This document shows positions 21,891-31,955 of a DNA stretch of 64,000 bases, piece after piece. The stretch's first letter is position 1; each line of letters opens with the position of its first letter. The DNA comes from Clostridia bacterium (lineage in GTDB: Bacteria; Bacillota; Clostridia; Oscillospirales; CAG-272). A program made the translations under genes and the position numbers. The stretch spans positions 10,689 to 74,688 of the forward strand of contig JAFQOX010000041.1 in assembly GCA_017412045.1 (NCBI GenBank). The letters run 5' to 3'. The notes under the pieces were generated by a model, which saw only the letters and a list, made by a program, of their open reading frames with translations, did not search any database and was not told where the DNA came from.

Positions 21891-23099
21891 ATGCAAAACG
21901 CAGACCGCATGATCGTACGCGAGCTGGCAAAGCAATACGCGGAGCTCGCAAATTCCGATGAGCAAAAGCGCTCGCACCGCCGCATGAGGGATTCCAACGA
22001 TCTGAAGATCGTCCGCCCTCCCGTTCTGATCGACGAGATCCCCTGGCATGAGCTGACCTCGGACGACTCGCTCGTTTGCCGCTGTGAGGATCCTCTCGCC
22101 AGAAGGACGGAATGGTTTTTCCGCCGTTCGATCTTCCAAAAGAAGCATTTCCGCACGGATCTGCTCATGCCGGACTACTGGAAGGTACGGATGGCGTACG
22201 AGATCTCCCCGCTCGGCGTGGAAAAGCAGGTCACCCAAAGCGCCGCGCGCGCAAAAAGTTTTCTCGACGTTCTGGAGGAAGAAGAATCGCTCGATCTCAT
22301 TCGGGAGCCCTCCTTCTGTGCCCGACCGGATCTGGACGAAAGAAATATGAATTTTTTTACGGATCTTTTTCACGGCATTCTGCCCGTCAGACTCGTCGGC
22401 GCGAACTGTATGTATATGCAATTCTGGGACGACATCTCCGAGCTTCGCGGCGTCGAGCCGATCTACGAGGATATGTACGACCGCCCCGAATATCTGCACA
22501 GGATCATGCAAACCTTCGTTCGCCGCGCAAGCGCGCGTATGGATTTTCTGGAACGGCATTTCCACGTGGATAACGATCCGATCAGCCTTCACTGCACGCC
22601 CGGCATGATCTCCGGTCTGGCGCAGGACGGTCTGAAGGCGACCTGGTACAGAGGCATGGCGCAGCCCTTCTCCTGTGTGTCGCCCGACATGTTCAAGGAA
22701 TTTGAATTCGATTATATCAAGCCGCTCGCCGAGCGTTGCGCCTATACCTACTATGGCTGCTGTGAGCCGCTCGATAACCGTATTGAAATTCTGAAGGGCA
22801 TTCGTAATCTTCGCAAAATCGGCGTATCTCCCTGGGCAAACGAGGCGCTCTGCGCGGAGCAAATCGGAGGGGATTACGTTTTTGCAAGAAAGCCCAATCC
22901 CGCGAACGTCGCTTATCGGACGGACCCCGACGTCATCAGACGGGAAACGGAAAACACCGTCAAGCTTTGTCTCCGTTACGGATGCCCCTTGGAATTCGTG
23001 CTGAAGGACGTCACCACCGTTTCCCGAAAGCCGGAAAATCTCATTCTTTGGGCAAATACCGTCAGCGAGACGCTGGATCAATATTACGAAAAGGCATGA
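21891..23099 (+). CDS. URO-D/methyltransferase-fold protein
   Basis: VSPDMFKEF...YYGCCEPL motif and clustering with corrinoid genes. Confidence 0.65.
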   Translation: MQNADRMIVRELAKQYAELANSDEQKRSHRRMRDSNDLKIVRPPVLIDEIPWHELTSDDSLVCRCEDPLARRTEWFFRRSIFQKKHFRTDLLMPDYWKVRMAYEISPLGVEKQVTQSAARAKSFLDVLEEEESLDLIREPSFCARPDLDERNMNFFTDLFHGILPVRLVGANCMYMQFWDDISELRGVEPIYEDMYDRPEYLHRIMQTFVRRASARMDFLERHFHVDNDPISLHCTPGMISGLAQDGLKATWYRGMAQPFSCVSPDMFKEFEFDYIKPLAERCAYTYYGCCEPLDNRIEILKGIRNLRKIGVSPWANEALCAEQIGGDYVFARKPNPANVAYRTDPDVIRRETENTVKLCLRYGCPLEFVLKDVTTVSRKPENLILWANTVSETLDQYYEKA

Positions 23100-23114
23100 G
23101 CCGAAAGGACCGCC

Positions 23115-24704
23115 ATGATCTATGAAGAAAAAAAGCCTCTGTATCTGAAAAAAAGCGCGCTTCTCAACGACGTCCCCATTCGTTACGAGTTGTCCGAATG
23201 CCGGGAAACCTGCGAAGCAGACGCTTACGCCGCGCAGCTCTACGCGCATGAAATGATCGAAATCGCCATGATCGTTTCCGGAAACGGCGTGCATCGCGTT
23301 TTGAACCAGACGATTCCATGCAAAACGGGCGATCTCTATATTACCGCCGCAAACGTTCCGCACGGATATTTTACTGCGAACGCCGAATATCCTATGGCCA
23401 TCAAAAAGCTCCTTCTGGATCCGAAGGACTGGTTTCCTCCCGAAATCGCCGCTGTGGGAGAGCCTCGGTATTGCTACGGCATCTTCAATGACAACGCCTT
23501 TCTTGCCTACGCTATGCTGAATACCGAAACGTATCTGGAAACGGAGACCTTATTTTCCGCCATTCTCGCGGAAATCGGGGAGAAAAAGCACGAATGGCGG
23601 GATGCCGTCGGTGCGTATCTGACACAGCTTCTGATCAAAATCAGCCGTTATATCAACGGTGCCATCAAAAATATTCCCGGCACGCCGTCCAAGGAATGGA
23701 ACACCGTCCTTTCCACCGTCCGTATCATCGTGGATTCCTTCAGCGATCCCGATCTGACGCTGGAAACGATCGCAAGCTCCCTCTATATCAGCAAATCCCA
23801 TCTGAGCCGCTTATTCCGCAAAATCCTCGGTGAAAGCTTTTCCGATTATCTCCGCCGCATCCGCATGGACCATGCCTGCCAGCTTCTCAGGGAAACGCGG
23901 CTGAATATGGAGGAGATCATTGCCCGTTGCGGGCTTCGGGATATGCAATCCTTTTACCGTAATTTTCATGCGCTCATGCTCGTGACTCCGCACCAATACC
24001 GATTGTCACAGAATCCGCACGTCCTCGTGGAAAAGCCGAAAAGCGAAGAAAGCAAGCATTCCCTGCTTTCGGAAATTTCGGAAAATCTGCAACGCGGCAA
24101 AGCCACCGTCGTCAAGGATCTTGTCCGCCGTGCGCTGGATATCGGAACGGAGCCGCAGAGAATTTTATCGGACGGCTTGCTCCACGGCATGAGCCTGGTC
24201 GGAGAACGGTTCAAAAACAACGAAATTTTCGTCCCCGAGGTACTCGTCGCCTCTCGGACGATGAATCACTGCCTGCAAATGCTGAGCCCTTACCTCGCCG
24301 AGAAAACCCGCGTCCGAGGCAGGGTGTGTATCGGAACCGTTCAGGGCGATCTGCACGACATCGGCAAAAATCTCGTCCGTATGATGATGGAGAGCAAGGG
24401 GCTTGAAGTCATCGACCTCGGCGTGGACGTTGCGCCGGAAGCCTTCGTCCGCACGGTCATCGAACAAAATTGCGACGTGCTCGCTTGCTCCGCCCTGCTG
24501 ACCACCACCATGGGTGTGATCGGAGACGTCGTCCGAAAATGTGAAGAGGCAGGCATCCGCCATCGGATCAAAATTCTGATCGGAGGGGCACCGATCACCG
24601 AGGAATTCTGCCGAAGCATCGGCGCGGACGCATATACCGCCGATGCCTATTCCGCGGCAGAAGCCGCCGCCGAATACTGCAAGAAAGCGGCGAACCGCCG
24701 CTGA
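23115..24704 (+). CDS. AraC-family regulator fused to corrinoid (B12-binding) domains
   Basis: Cupin (HEMIEI...G-G-H), AraC HTH (ISKSHLSRLF...GLRD..SFYRNF), cap domain (VGERFKNNEIFVPEVL) and DLHDIG/SALLT/GGA B12 motif. Confidence 0.85.
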   Translation: MIYEEKKPLYLKKSALLNDVPIRYELSECRETCEADAYAAQLYAHEMIEIAMIVSGNGVHRVLNQTIPCKTGDLYITAANVPHGYFTANAEYPMAIKKLLLDPKDWFPPEIAAVGEPRYCYGIFNDNAFLAYAMLNTETYLETETLFSAILAEIGEKKHEWRDAVGAYLTQLLIKISRYINGAIKNIPGTPSKEWNTVLSTVRIIVDSFSDPDLTLETIASSLYISKSHLSRLFRKILGESFSDYLRRIRMDHACQLLRETRLNMEEIIARCGLRDMQSFYRNFHALMLVTPHQYRLSQNPHVLVEKPKSEESKHSLLSEISENLQRGKATVVKDLVRRALDIGTEPQRILSDGLLHGMSLVGERFKNNEIFVPEVLVASRTMNHCLQMLSPYLAEKTRVRGRVCIGTVQGDLHDIGKNLVRMMMESKGLEVIDLGVDVAPEAFVRTVIEQNCDVLACSALLTTTMGVIGDVVRKCEEAGIRHRIKILIGGAPITEEFCRSIGADAYTADAYSAAEAAAEYCKKAANRR

Positions 24705-24806
24705 CGGTCGCCGCCGTACCGCATTATTCTGTTATACACTGCTTGACACGGCGCTGTTTTGAGAAAATTCCTGTGATATAAAAATATAACGTAAAGGAGT
24801 CTTACC

Positions 24807-25826
24807 GTGAATCAGAAAAATATGAAGCTTTGGCTCGATGAGCTTTGCCAAAGCCCCTGCAAAAAAGCATTGCCCATCCTTTCCTTTCCCTGCATCAGCC
24901 TTCTGAACATCCCCGTCAGAGAGCTTATTTCCGACGCGGACACGCAAGCCCGCGGAATGGAGCTGATCGCAAAAAAAACGAATGCCGCTGCTTCCGTCAG
25001 TCTGATGGATCTTTCCGTTGAGGCGGAGTGCTTCGGCGCAAACGTACGCTTCTCGGAGGACGAGGTCCCCACCGTAACGGGCAGGCTGATCTGCGATATG
25101 GATGATGCCGAAGCGTTGCAGGTGCCCGCAGTGGGCGCGGCGCGTTCCCGCATTTATATTGAAGCGATCGAAAAGGCGCTAACACGGATCACAGACCGCC
25201 CCGTTTTCGCAGGCATGATCGGTCCGTTTTCCCTCGGCGCGCGATTGCTTGACGTTTCGGAAATCATGATGGATTGCTACGACGATCCCGACATGGTCCA
25301 TCTCGTTCTGGAAAAAGCGACCGAATTTCTGATCGCCTACGGAAACGCCTACAAAGCGGCAGGCGCGCACGGAATCATTATGGCGGAACCCGTAGCCGGA
25401 TTGCTCTCCCCCTCGCTGGAGGAAGAATTTTCTGCTCCGTATGTCAAAAAAATCATCGATGCGCTCCAGGATGACGGTTTTCTGATCGTCTACCATAATT
25501 GCGGCGGCAACGTGCTCTCCATGACCGACTCCCTTCTCTCTCTCGGCGCCGCCGCCTATCATTTCGGAAACGCCATTGATATGAAAGCCATGCTCGAAAA
25601 GCTCCCTGCGGATACCGTCGTCATGGGCAACGTAGACCCCGCCGCCGTTCTCTGCTTCGGCACGGAGGATGCCGTCAGAACAGAAACGCAAGCGCTTCTG
25701 GAAGCCTGCGCTTCATATCCGAACTTCATCGTATCCTCCGGCTGTGATATTCCGCCGAAAACACCGTGGGAAAATATCGAAGCGTTCTTCGATACCGTAG
25801 ATCAATTTTATCAAAAGCGCACATAA
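24807..25826 (+). CDS. MtaA/CmuA-like methylcobamide methyltransferase (URO-D family)
   Basis: DLSVEAECFGA, GPFSL, YHNCG and SSGCDIP zinc ligands. Confidence 0.85.
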   Translation: MNQKNMKLWLDELCQSPCKKALPILSFPCISLLNIPVRELISDADTQARGMELIAKKTNAAASVSLMDLSVEAECFGANVRFSEDEVPTVTGRLICDMDDAEALQVPAVGAARSRIYIEAIEKALTRITDRPVFAGMIGPFSLGARLLDVSEIMMDCYDDPDMVHLVLEKATEFLIAYGNAYKAAGAHGIIMAEPVAGLLSPSLEEEFSAPYVKKIIDALQDDGFLIVYHNCGGNVLSMTDSLLSLGAAAYHFGNAIDMKAMLEKLPADTVVMGNVDPAAVLCFGTEDAVRTETQALLEACASYPNFIVSSGCDIPPKTPWENIEAFFDTVDQFYQKRT

Positions 25827-25834
25827 TACCAAAA

Positions 25835-25873
25835 TAAAACCGCAGATCTCGTCGCAACAGATCCGCGGTTTTA
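25835..25873. terminator. Bidirectional terminator
   Basis: TAAAACCGCAGATC...GATCCGCGGTTTTA. Confidence 0.75.
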
Positions 25874-25875
25874 CT

Positions 25876-25953
25876 TTATTTGAAAAAAGCGACGCCGTTT
25901 CCGCGAATCACCGCGCAAACGCCGAAAATAACGCCGAGAATGACCCATTTCAT
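25876..25953 (-). CDS. 25-aa hydrophobic small protein MKWVILGVIFGVCAVIRGNGVAFFK (not in ORF track)
   Basis: AAAGGAGG RBS, its own TTGACA-17-TGcTATAAT promoter (25990-26018), and a terminator right after the stop. Confidence 0.7.
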   Translation of the reverse strand: MKWVILGVIFGVCAVIRGNGVAFFK

Positions 25954-26436
25954 ATTACCGTCCTCCTTTGCGTTTCAGATTTCATTTTTATTATAGCATT
26001 TTATCCTATCTTTGTCAAGCCGAAACAAAAACACGCGCACGGCAACCGCATTTACTTTTTCACATTCATCAATAAAAATCATAATCGGAATGATATAGAT
26101 ATATGGAGATTTGAAGATTGCCCAAAAAAGGTGCTCGTCCAGATCGGAGATCATCGCGAAGCACCTTTTTTTTTCGAATGTAGCGGGCGGTTATTAGGTT
26201 TCGAATACCGATCTTTGTGAGGCTTATACGGGACTTCCATCCTTTCAGCAAGCACAATCAAGATGCTGAGCTTGTTGATTGGGGTATCGAGAATACGTGT
26301 ATTATGCCCGTATTTATTGTGGACATAAAATGAGCGTCAGGCAAGGCAGTCTCGGAACTGCCTGCCTGATTTTTTCTCTTTTTGCAGGAATACTTGTACG
26401 AAAAACTTTTTTATTCAGTAAAACTTATCGAAAAAC

Positions 26437-26465
26437 TTGACAAAAGGCAGATTTTTTTATATAAT
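26437..26465 (+). promoter_or_regulatory. Sigma-A promoter of the acyl-ligase/ACP operon
   Basis: TTGACA-17-TATAAT. Confidence 0.8.
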
Positions 26466-26518
26466 CAAATTGTAAAGTTCTCGAAAGCTGAAAAATAAAT
26501 CGGAAAGAAGGATTTACT

Positions 26519-28213
26519 GTGAAAAAAAGTCAACCCACTCACAAGGTTTATGAGTTTGACACGTTTTATGACGGCGTAGTCAAACAGGCGCAGCGCTACG
26601 GCGACAAGGACAGATACGTTTACAAACGCAAGAAGCAGGAATATCATTTCACGTACAATGATATGCTGAATCACGTAAACTATCTCAGCTCCGCTATGAA
26701 CGTTCTCGGCGTTGCGGGAAAATTTGCAGGTGTCACGGGCGACACGCATCCCGATTACGTTGCAACCTATATTGCAACCACCTCCTGCGGCGGTGTCATC
26801 GTTCCTCTGGATAAGGAAATCTCCGCGGAACAGTTCACCAATTTCGTCAATCTTTGCGAATTGCAGCTTCTTGTCTATACCTCGTCCATGCACAAGAAGA
26901 TTCTCCCCCTGTACGATCAGATGCCGACGCTGAAATACATCGTCTGCATGGATTTCGACGGCGAAAAGCCCGAGGATCCCCGTTTCATGACGCTTGCGGA
27001 GATGCTGGAAATCGGTAAGAAGGCATACGACGAAGGCGACCGTACGGCTGAAAATCACGTCGTGGACAGAGATGCGGTTTGCACAATTCTCTTTACGTCC
27101 GGTACGACCGGTACGAGCAAGGGCGTTATGCTTTCTCAGAAAAATCTGACGACGAGCGCTTACGACTGCTGCGCGATCATCGATGCAACGGCGGATGATA
27201 CTCTCGTTTCCGTTCTTCCGATTCACCACGCGTATGAGTTCACGATCTCCCAGCTTGCTGCACCCAATATCGGTATTTCCATGTTCATCAATGATTCCAT
27301 CAAGAACACCCTGCGCAACTTCGCAAACTTCAAGCCCACCGGCTTGATCCTGGTTCCTCTCTACGTAGAGACCATGCAGAAGAAGATCTGGGCGGAAATC
27401 GAAAAGAAGGGCAAAACCAAGCTCGTCAAGAGAATGATCCCGATCGCGCTGAAGCTTCCCAGAAGCATTCGCCGCAAGATCTTCAAGGATATCATCGATG
27501 CGTTTGGCGGCAAACTGAAATTCATCGTATGCGGCGGCGCGCCCCTGCGTACGGAATTGATCCGTGAATTTGATGCCTTTGGCATTAAGATTTGCGAGGG
27601 TTACGGTATCACGGAGTGCTCCCCCCTGATCTCCTGCAATCCCTTCAACAAACGCAAGCCCCATTCCGCAGGTCTCGTCGTCAACCACATGCAGGCTCGT
27701 ATCGACAAGGAATCTCCCGAGGATGAGACCGGCGAGATCACCGTCAAGGGCGATGCCGTCATGCTCGGCTACTACAAGAACGAAGAAGCAACCCAAGCCG
27801 TTTTCACGGAGGACGGTTGGTTCAAAACGGGCGACATCGGTTATATGGATCAGGAGGATTATATCTATATCACCGGCAGAAAGAAAAACGTCATCATCGC
27901 AAGCAACGGTAAGAACGTTTTCCCCGAGGAGCTGGAGGAGCATCTCGGCGTATCCGAGCTGATCAGCGAAATCGTCGTTGTCGGAAGAAAGGGCGAAGAA
28001 CCCGGTGAGGTTGTGATCACCGCCCTCGTATTCCCCGATTACGATAAATTTGAAGGTAAGACGAAGGAAGAAATTCAGGCGGCTATCGAGGCTGAGGTTG
28101 ATGCGGTCAACAAGAAGCTCCCGACCTTCAAACACATCAAGAGCGTGGAAATTCGTGAGACGGAATTCGAAAAGAATACCTCCAGAAAGATCATGCGCTA
28201 CAAAATCAAGTAA
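26519..28213 (+). CDS. AMP-dependent long-chain acyl-CoA/acyl-ACP synthetase
   Basis: FTSGTTGTSKGVML, EGYGITEC and DGWFKTGDIG. Confidence 0.9.
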   Translation: MKKSQPTHKVYEFDTFYDGVVKQAQRYGDKDRYVYKRKKQEYHFTYNDMLNHVNYLSSAMNVLGVAGKFAGVTGDTHPDYVATYIATTSCGGVIVPLDKEISAEQFTNFVNLCELQLLVYTSSMHKKILPLYDQMPTLKYIVCMDFDGEKPEDPRFMTLAEMLEIGKKAYDEGDRTAENHVVDRDAVCTILFTSGTTGTSKGVMLSQKNLTTSAYDCCAIIDATADDTLVSVLPIHHAYEFTISQLAAPNIGISMFINDSIKNTLRNFANFKPTGLILVPLYVETMQKKIWAEIEKKGKTKLVKRMIPIALKLPRSIRRKIFKDIIDAFGGKLKFIVCGGAPLRTELIREFDAFGIKICEGYGITECSPLISCNPFNKRKPHSAGLVVNHMQARIDKESPEDETGEITVKGDAVMLGYYKNEEATQAVFTEDGWFKTGDIGYMDQEDYIYITGRKKNVIIASNGKNVFPEELEEHLGVSELISEIVVVGRKGEEPGEVVITALVFPDYDKFEGKTKEEIQAAIEAEVDAVNKKLPTFKHIKSVEIRETEFEKNTSRKIMRYKIK

Positions 28214-28258
28214 GAATTATTTTAAATGCCGCTCCGCGGCAAGACAGGAGAGTTTATT

Positions 28259-28492
28259 ATGTCTATCATGGAACAGATCACAGAAATTCTTGTGGAAACC
28301 TTTAGTCTTGATCCTGAAGAAGTTACTGCCGATGCAAGATTGGAAGCAGACCTCGGTATCAATTCCCTTGAGCTCGCAGAGCTCGCGCTTCGTTGCGATG
28401 AAGAATTCGACGTTGAAATCGACGACGAAGACATCCACCGTTTGATTACCGTTGGTGACGTTGCTAACTACATCGAAGAAAAAACAGCATAA
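28259..28492 (+). CDS. Acyl carrier protein
   Basis: Acidic 77-aa protein with DLGINSLEL phosphopantetheine-site variant. Confidence 0.85.
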   Translation: MSIMEQITEILVETFSLDPEEVTADARLEADLGINSLELAELALRCDEEFDVEIDDEDIHRLITVGDVANYIEEKTA

Positions 28493-28610
28493 ATAAATTT
28501 TCGCGTGAAATTCGTTCGGGGCCTGTTTTTCTCGAACGGATTTCACGTTTTTTTGTCATACAAAGTTGCAGATGCAACTTTATGAGGCAAAGCGCGAAAG
28601 GAGTCTAACA

Positions 28611-29864
28611 ATGAATATTTGCGGAAAAAGAATGTACGCACTTCTTGAAAAATTGAATTTTGAACGTCTTTCTACCTTTGAAGGGGAACAAAAAGCGGCG
28701 GCGATTCTCAAAAAAGAGATTGAGGAACTTGGTCTTACGCCCGTCATCGAAACCTTCAAAGCACCGAGATATACCATCAAGACGGCAAAATTGGAAGTGA
28801 CAGAGCCTTTTTACAAGGAATATGAGGTGAACGGTTACGGTTTTGCAGGCAATGATGCCGCAAACGGAATCGAGGCGGATTTCGTTTATTTGGAAGCGTT
28901 TGAACCGATCGACTTGGTTGACGTGAAGGGGAAGATCGTTTTTGTTGCGAATGGCTTGCGCCCAAATGATTTCAAGATCCTCTTGGAAGCGGGCGTTCTC
29001 GGGGCAATTACGACATCCGGCAACTTCCGCGATACGGCGGAAACGGCGGATTTGGATCAGAGAATGCTCCGTCCCATTCATATCGAGCACGGCAAGCTTC
29101 CCACGGTTTGTATGCGCATGAAAGAAGCAATGGAGATGGTTGCCTCCAAGCCCGGTAAGGTAAAGCTGACGCTTTCCCAGGAGGAAGGTGAGGCAGATTC
29201 TCAGAACGTCATGGTGGAGATTCCCGGAACGGAATATCCGGACGAGGTGATCGTATATACTGCGCATTACGATTCCGTTGTTTTCAGTCACGGTATGTTT
29301 GATAACGCGACGGGTACGGCAACGATCCTGGAGGTCCTCCGTTATTATAAGGAAAATCCGCCAAAAAGAACTCTGCGTTTTATCTGGTGCGGTTCGGAGG
29401 AAAGAGGACTTCTCGGCAGTAAGCATTACGTAGCCGCGCACGAGGAGGAACTCGAAAAGATCCGTCTTTGTATCAACGTTGATATGACGGGACCGATCTT
29501 CGGTCGTGACTATGCGCTGGTTACGGCAGAGGAATCTCTTTGCAGTGTGATTACGTTCCTCTATAAAGAATTGGGACATCCGATGACGGTCATGCAGGAG
29601 ATTTGCTCTTCCGACTCCATTCCGTTTGCGGACAAGGGAATCCCCAGTGTAAACTTCCTGCGCAGAGGAGCGAATAATTCGTATCAGATTCATTGCCGTC
29701 ACGACGTGATCGATATCATTTCCGCAGATGCGCTGGAAAGAACCGCGAAATTTATCGTCGCCTTCTCCAATCGCGTGATCGAATCCAAATTCTTCCCGAT
29801 CGATAAGACCATGCCCGAAATCATGGTGGACAAGATCAATAAGTATTTGCGCAAAAAGCTGTAA
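28611..29864 (+). CDS. M28-family metallopeptidase with PA domain
   Basis: AHYDS, DNATG, GSEERGLLGS and NVDM. Confidence 0.88.
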   Translation: MNICGKRMYALLEKLNFERLSTFEGEQKAAAILKKEIEELGLTPVIETFKAPRYTIKTAKLEVTEPFYKEYEVNGYGFAGNDAANGIEADFVYLEAFEPIDLVDVKGKIVFVANGLRPNDFKILLEAGVLGAITTSGNFRDTAETADLDQRMLRPIHIEHGKLPTVCMRMKEAMEMVASKPGKVKLTLSQEEGEADSQNVMVEIPGTEYPDEVIVYTAHYDSVVFSHGMFDNATGTATILEVLRYYKENPPKRTLRFIWCGSEERGLLGSKHYVAAHEEELEKIRLCINVDMTGPIFGRDYALVTAEESLCSVITFLYKELGHPMTVMQEICSSDSIPFADKGIPSVNFLRRGANNSYQIHCRHDVIDIISADALERTAKFIVAFSNRVIESKFFPIDKTMPEIMVDKINKYLRKKL

Positions 29865-29880
29865 TGGATTCCAAAAGAAA

Positions 29881-29921
29881 ACCCCTGACAGATTGTAATC
29901 CAATCTGTCAGGGGGATTTTT
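29881..29921 (+). terminator. Intrinsic terminator
   Basis: CCCCTGACAGATTG-TAATC-CAATCTGTCAGGGG followed by a T-tract. Confidence 0.85.
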
Positions 29922-29925
29922 ATAT

Positions 29926-30034
29926 CATAGGAAATCGCGCAAAACGGACCTTGCCGTTTTGCATTGTTTAAATGCAAACAAGCGAAGCACACCGAAATGC
30001 TGCACAGTTCGGTTTCCGGTGGGATTCCGCTTTT
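29926..30034 (+). repeat. Dispersed structured repeat family A, copy 4 (divergent, opposite orientation)
   Basis: CATAGGAAATCGCGCAAAA...TTGCCGTTTTGCATTGTTTAAATGCAAA..., starting 4 nt after the terminator T-tract. Confidence 0.75.
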
Positions 30035-30881
30035 AAAATGGAATGCGAAGCAAACGGAGCAGCGTGGGAATCTCGTTTTCAATATCCACGCCGTAGCGTG
30101 TGTCCGTTTGGTCGGCATAGGTGCGTCGGATGCACGCGAGCGTATATTCGACGGCGACTTTCGTTGCATCCTCGACGGAGAATCCTTTTGTCAGGGCGGC
30201 GATCAGCGCGCTGGCAAAGGTGTCGCCCGTACCGTGATAAAATCCGTCGATCTTTTCCGCAAAGGCATAGGAGATTTCATCGCTTATGGCATCGTATGCG
30301 GCGGCGCCGATCGTTTTTTCGCTTGCCGAAACGCCGCTCAGAACGATTTCCTTCGATCCGAGCCTTTGAGCGAGGCTGCGGAGGAGCGCTTCCGTTTCTT
30401 TCTGTGTGTAATGCTCCTTGTATTCTTCTCCCAGGAGAAACGCCGCTTCCGTCAGATTCGGCGTGATGATGTCCGCCATGCGGCAGAGCTCACGCATACC
30501 TTCGAGAAAATCGGGCGTGATCAGAGAGTAATACTGTCCCGCATCTGCCATGACGGGATCTACGACGATCGTCGTTTCGGGCGTTGCGAAATCGCGCAGA
30601 ATATCCTTGACGATGCCGACCTGCTCGGGAGAGCCCAGATAGCCCGTATAGATCACGTCAAACGTAAAGCCGAGCTTTTTCCAATGGTCGGCGATGGGAC
30701 GCATATCCTCAGTCAGATCGCGAAAGGTGAAATCCGTAAATCCGCCCGTATGAGAGGAGAGAACGGCGGTCGGCAGAGGAATGACCTCCGCGCCCGAGAC
30801 GGAAATGATCGGAATAGCTGCCGTCAGGGAACACCGTCCGAGACAGGATATATCATGAATGGCGAGAACTTTTTTCTGCAT
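30033..30881 (-). CDS. pdxK: Pyridoxal/pyridoxamine kinase
   Basis: IHDISCLGRCSLTAA, DPVMAD, ITPNLTE and HGTGD. Confidence 0.92.
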   Translation of the reverse strand: MQKKVLAIHDISCLGRCSLTAAIPIISVSGAEVIPLPTAVLSSHTGGFTDFTFRDLTEDMRPIADHWKKLGFTFDVIYTGYLGSPEQVGIVKDILRDFATPETTIVVDPVMADAGQYYSLITPDFLEGMRELCRMADIITPNLTEAAFLLGEEYKEHYTQKETEALLRSLAQRLGSKEIVLSGVSASEKTIGAAAYDAISDEISYAFAEKIDGFYHGTGDTFASALIAALTKGFSVEDATKVAVEYTLACIRRTYADQTDTRYGVDIENEIPTLLRLLRIPF

Positions 30882-31107
30882 GAATAAAAGCCCCTTTCCT
30901 TTAAATTTCATTCATCATAAGATAAAAGTGACATTTTATTATAACACCAAATAACGGGAGTGTCAAGTTTGTTCCCGACGGATTTTGGGAATCCGCGCGC
31001 AAAAATCATGAAAAAATCGGTTTGCAAGGGAAAACTTGCTTGACATTTTTTCAAATCGTCCGTATAATAAACATATCACCCCTATTATCAGAAAGGAATT
31101 TTACCAA

Positions 31108-31953
31108 ATGAAAACACTTGGTTATTATAACGGAGAAATCGGTGAGCTGGAGGAGCTTCGCGTTCCGATGCTTGACCGCGCCTGCTATTTCGGAGACGGC
31201 GTTTACGACGTCGTCTATACGCGCAATCATAAGCCGTACGCGCTTCGCGAGCATATCGACAGGTTGTACAGCAGTATGGCGATCCTGAACATTCATCTGG
31301 ATATGCATCCCGACGAGCTGGAAGCGCTGATCTGCGATCTGATCAAAAAGGTGGATGCCGATGAGCAGAACGTTTATTTTCAGGTATCCCGCGGCACGGG
31401 CTTGCGCGACCACGCGGTCAAGGAGCCCATGAAAGCGAATCTCTGGATCATGCTCAAGCCGATGCCGATCCGCGATACTTATAAAAAAGCAAATCTGATC
31501 ACTCTGGAGGATAAACGCTTCCTCTATTGTAATATGAAAACGCTGAATCTCATTCCCGCCGTTCTGTACTCCACCACGGTGGAGGGCGGCGGCTACGACG
31601 AAGCCGTTCTGCACCGAAACGGCAGAGTAACGGAGTGCGCGCACAGCAATCTCTCCATCCTGAAGGACGGCGTGCTCCGCACCGCTCCCGCGGACGAATA
31701 TATTCTTGCCGGCATCGGCAGAGCGCATTTGATCCGCAAATGCAGAGCGTTCGGCATTCCCGTCTGCGAGGAACCGTTTACGGTGGAGGAAATGATGCAG
31801 GCGGATGAGATCATCGTGACCAGCGCAGGCTCTCTTTGCATTGCCGCCGGCACGGTTGACGGCATTGCCGTCGGAGGAAAAGCGCCCGAGCTGCTTCGCC
31901 GTTTGCAGGATTCGCTGATGGCGGACTATTTCAGCGCGACCGAAAAAGACTGA
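31108..31953 (+). CDS. Class IV aminotransferase, probable D-amino-acid transaminase
   Basis: DRACYFGDGVY, RGTGLRDH, MKTLNL and VTECAHSN. Operonic with alr. TTGACA-17-TATAAT promoter at 31040-31068. Confidence 0.85.
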   Translation: MKTLGYYNGEIGELEELRVPMLDRACYFGDGVYDVVYTRNHKPYALREHIDRLYSSMAILNIHLDMHPDELEALICDLIKKVDADEQNVYFQVSRGTGLRDHAVKEPMKANLWIMLKPMPIRDTYKKANLITLEDKRFLYCNMKTLNLIPAVLYSTTVEGGGYDEAVLHRNGRVTECAHSNLSILKDGVLRTAPADEYILAGIGRAHLIRKCRAFGIPVCEEPFTVEEMMQADEIIVTSAGSLCIAAGTVDGIAVGGKAPELLRRLQDSLMADYFSATEKD

Positions 31954-31955
31954 GT

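Noticed and set aside
26205-26335. Resemblance to a hatchet ribozyme (TGTGAGGCTTAT...GACATAAAA)
   Set aside because: The required P2/P3 pairings and conserved core do not fit by eye. Kept only as a generic ncRNA candidate.
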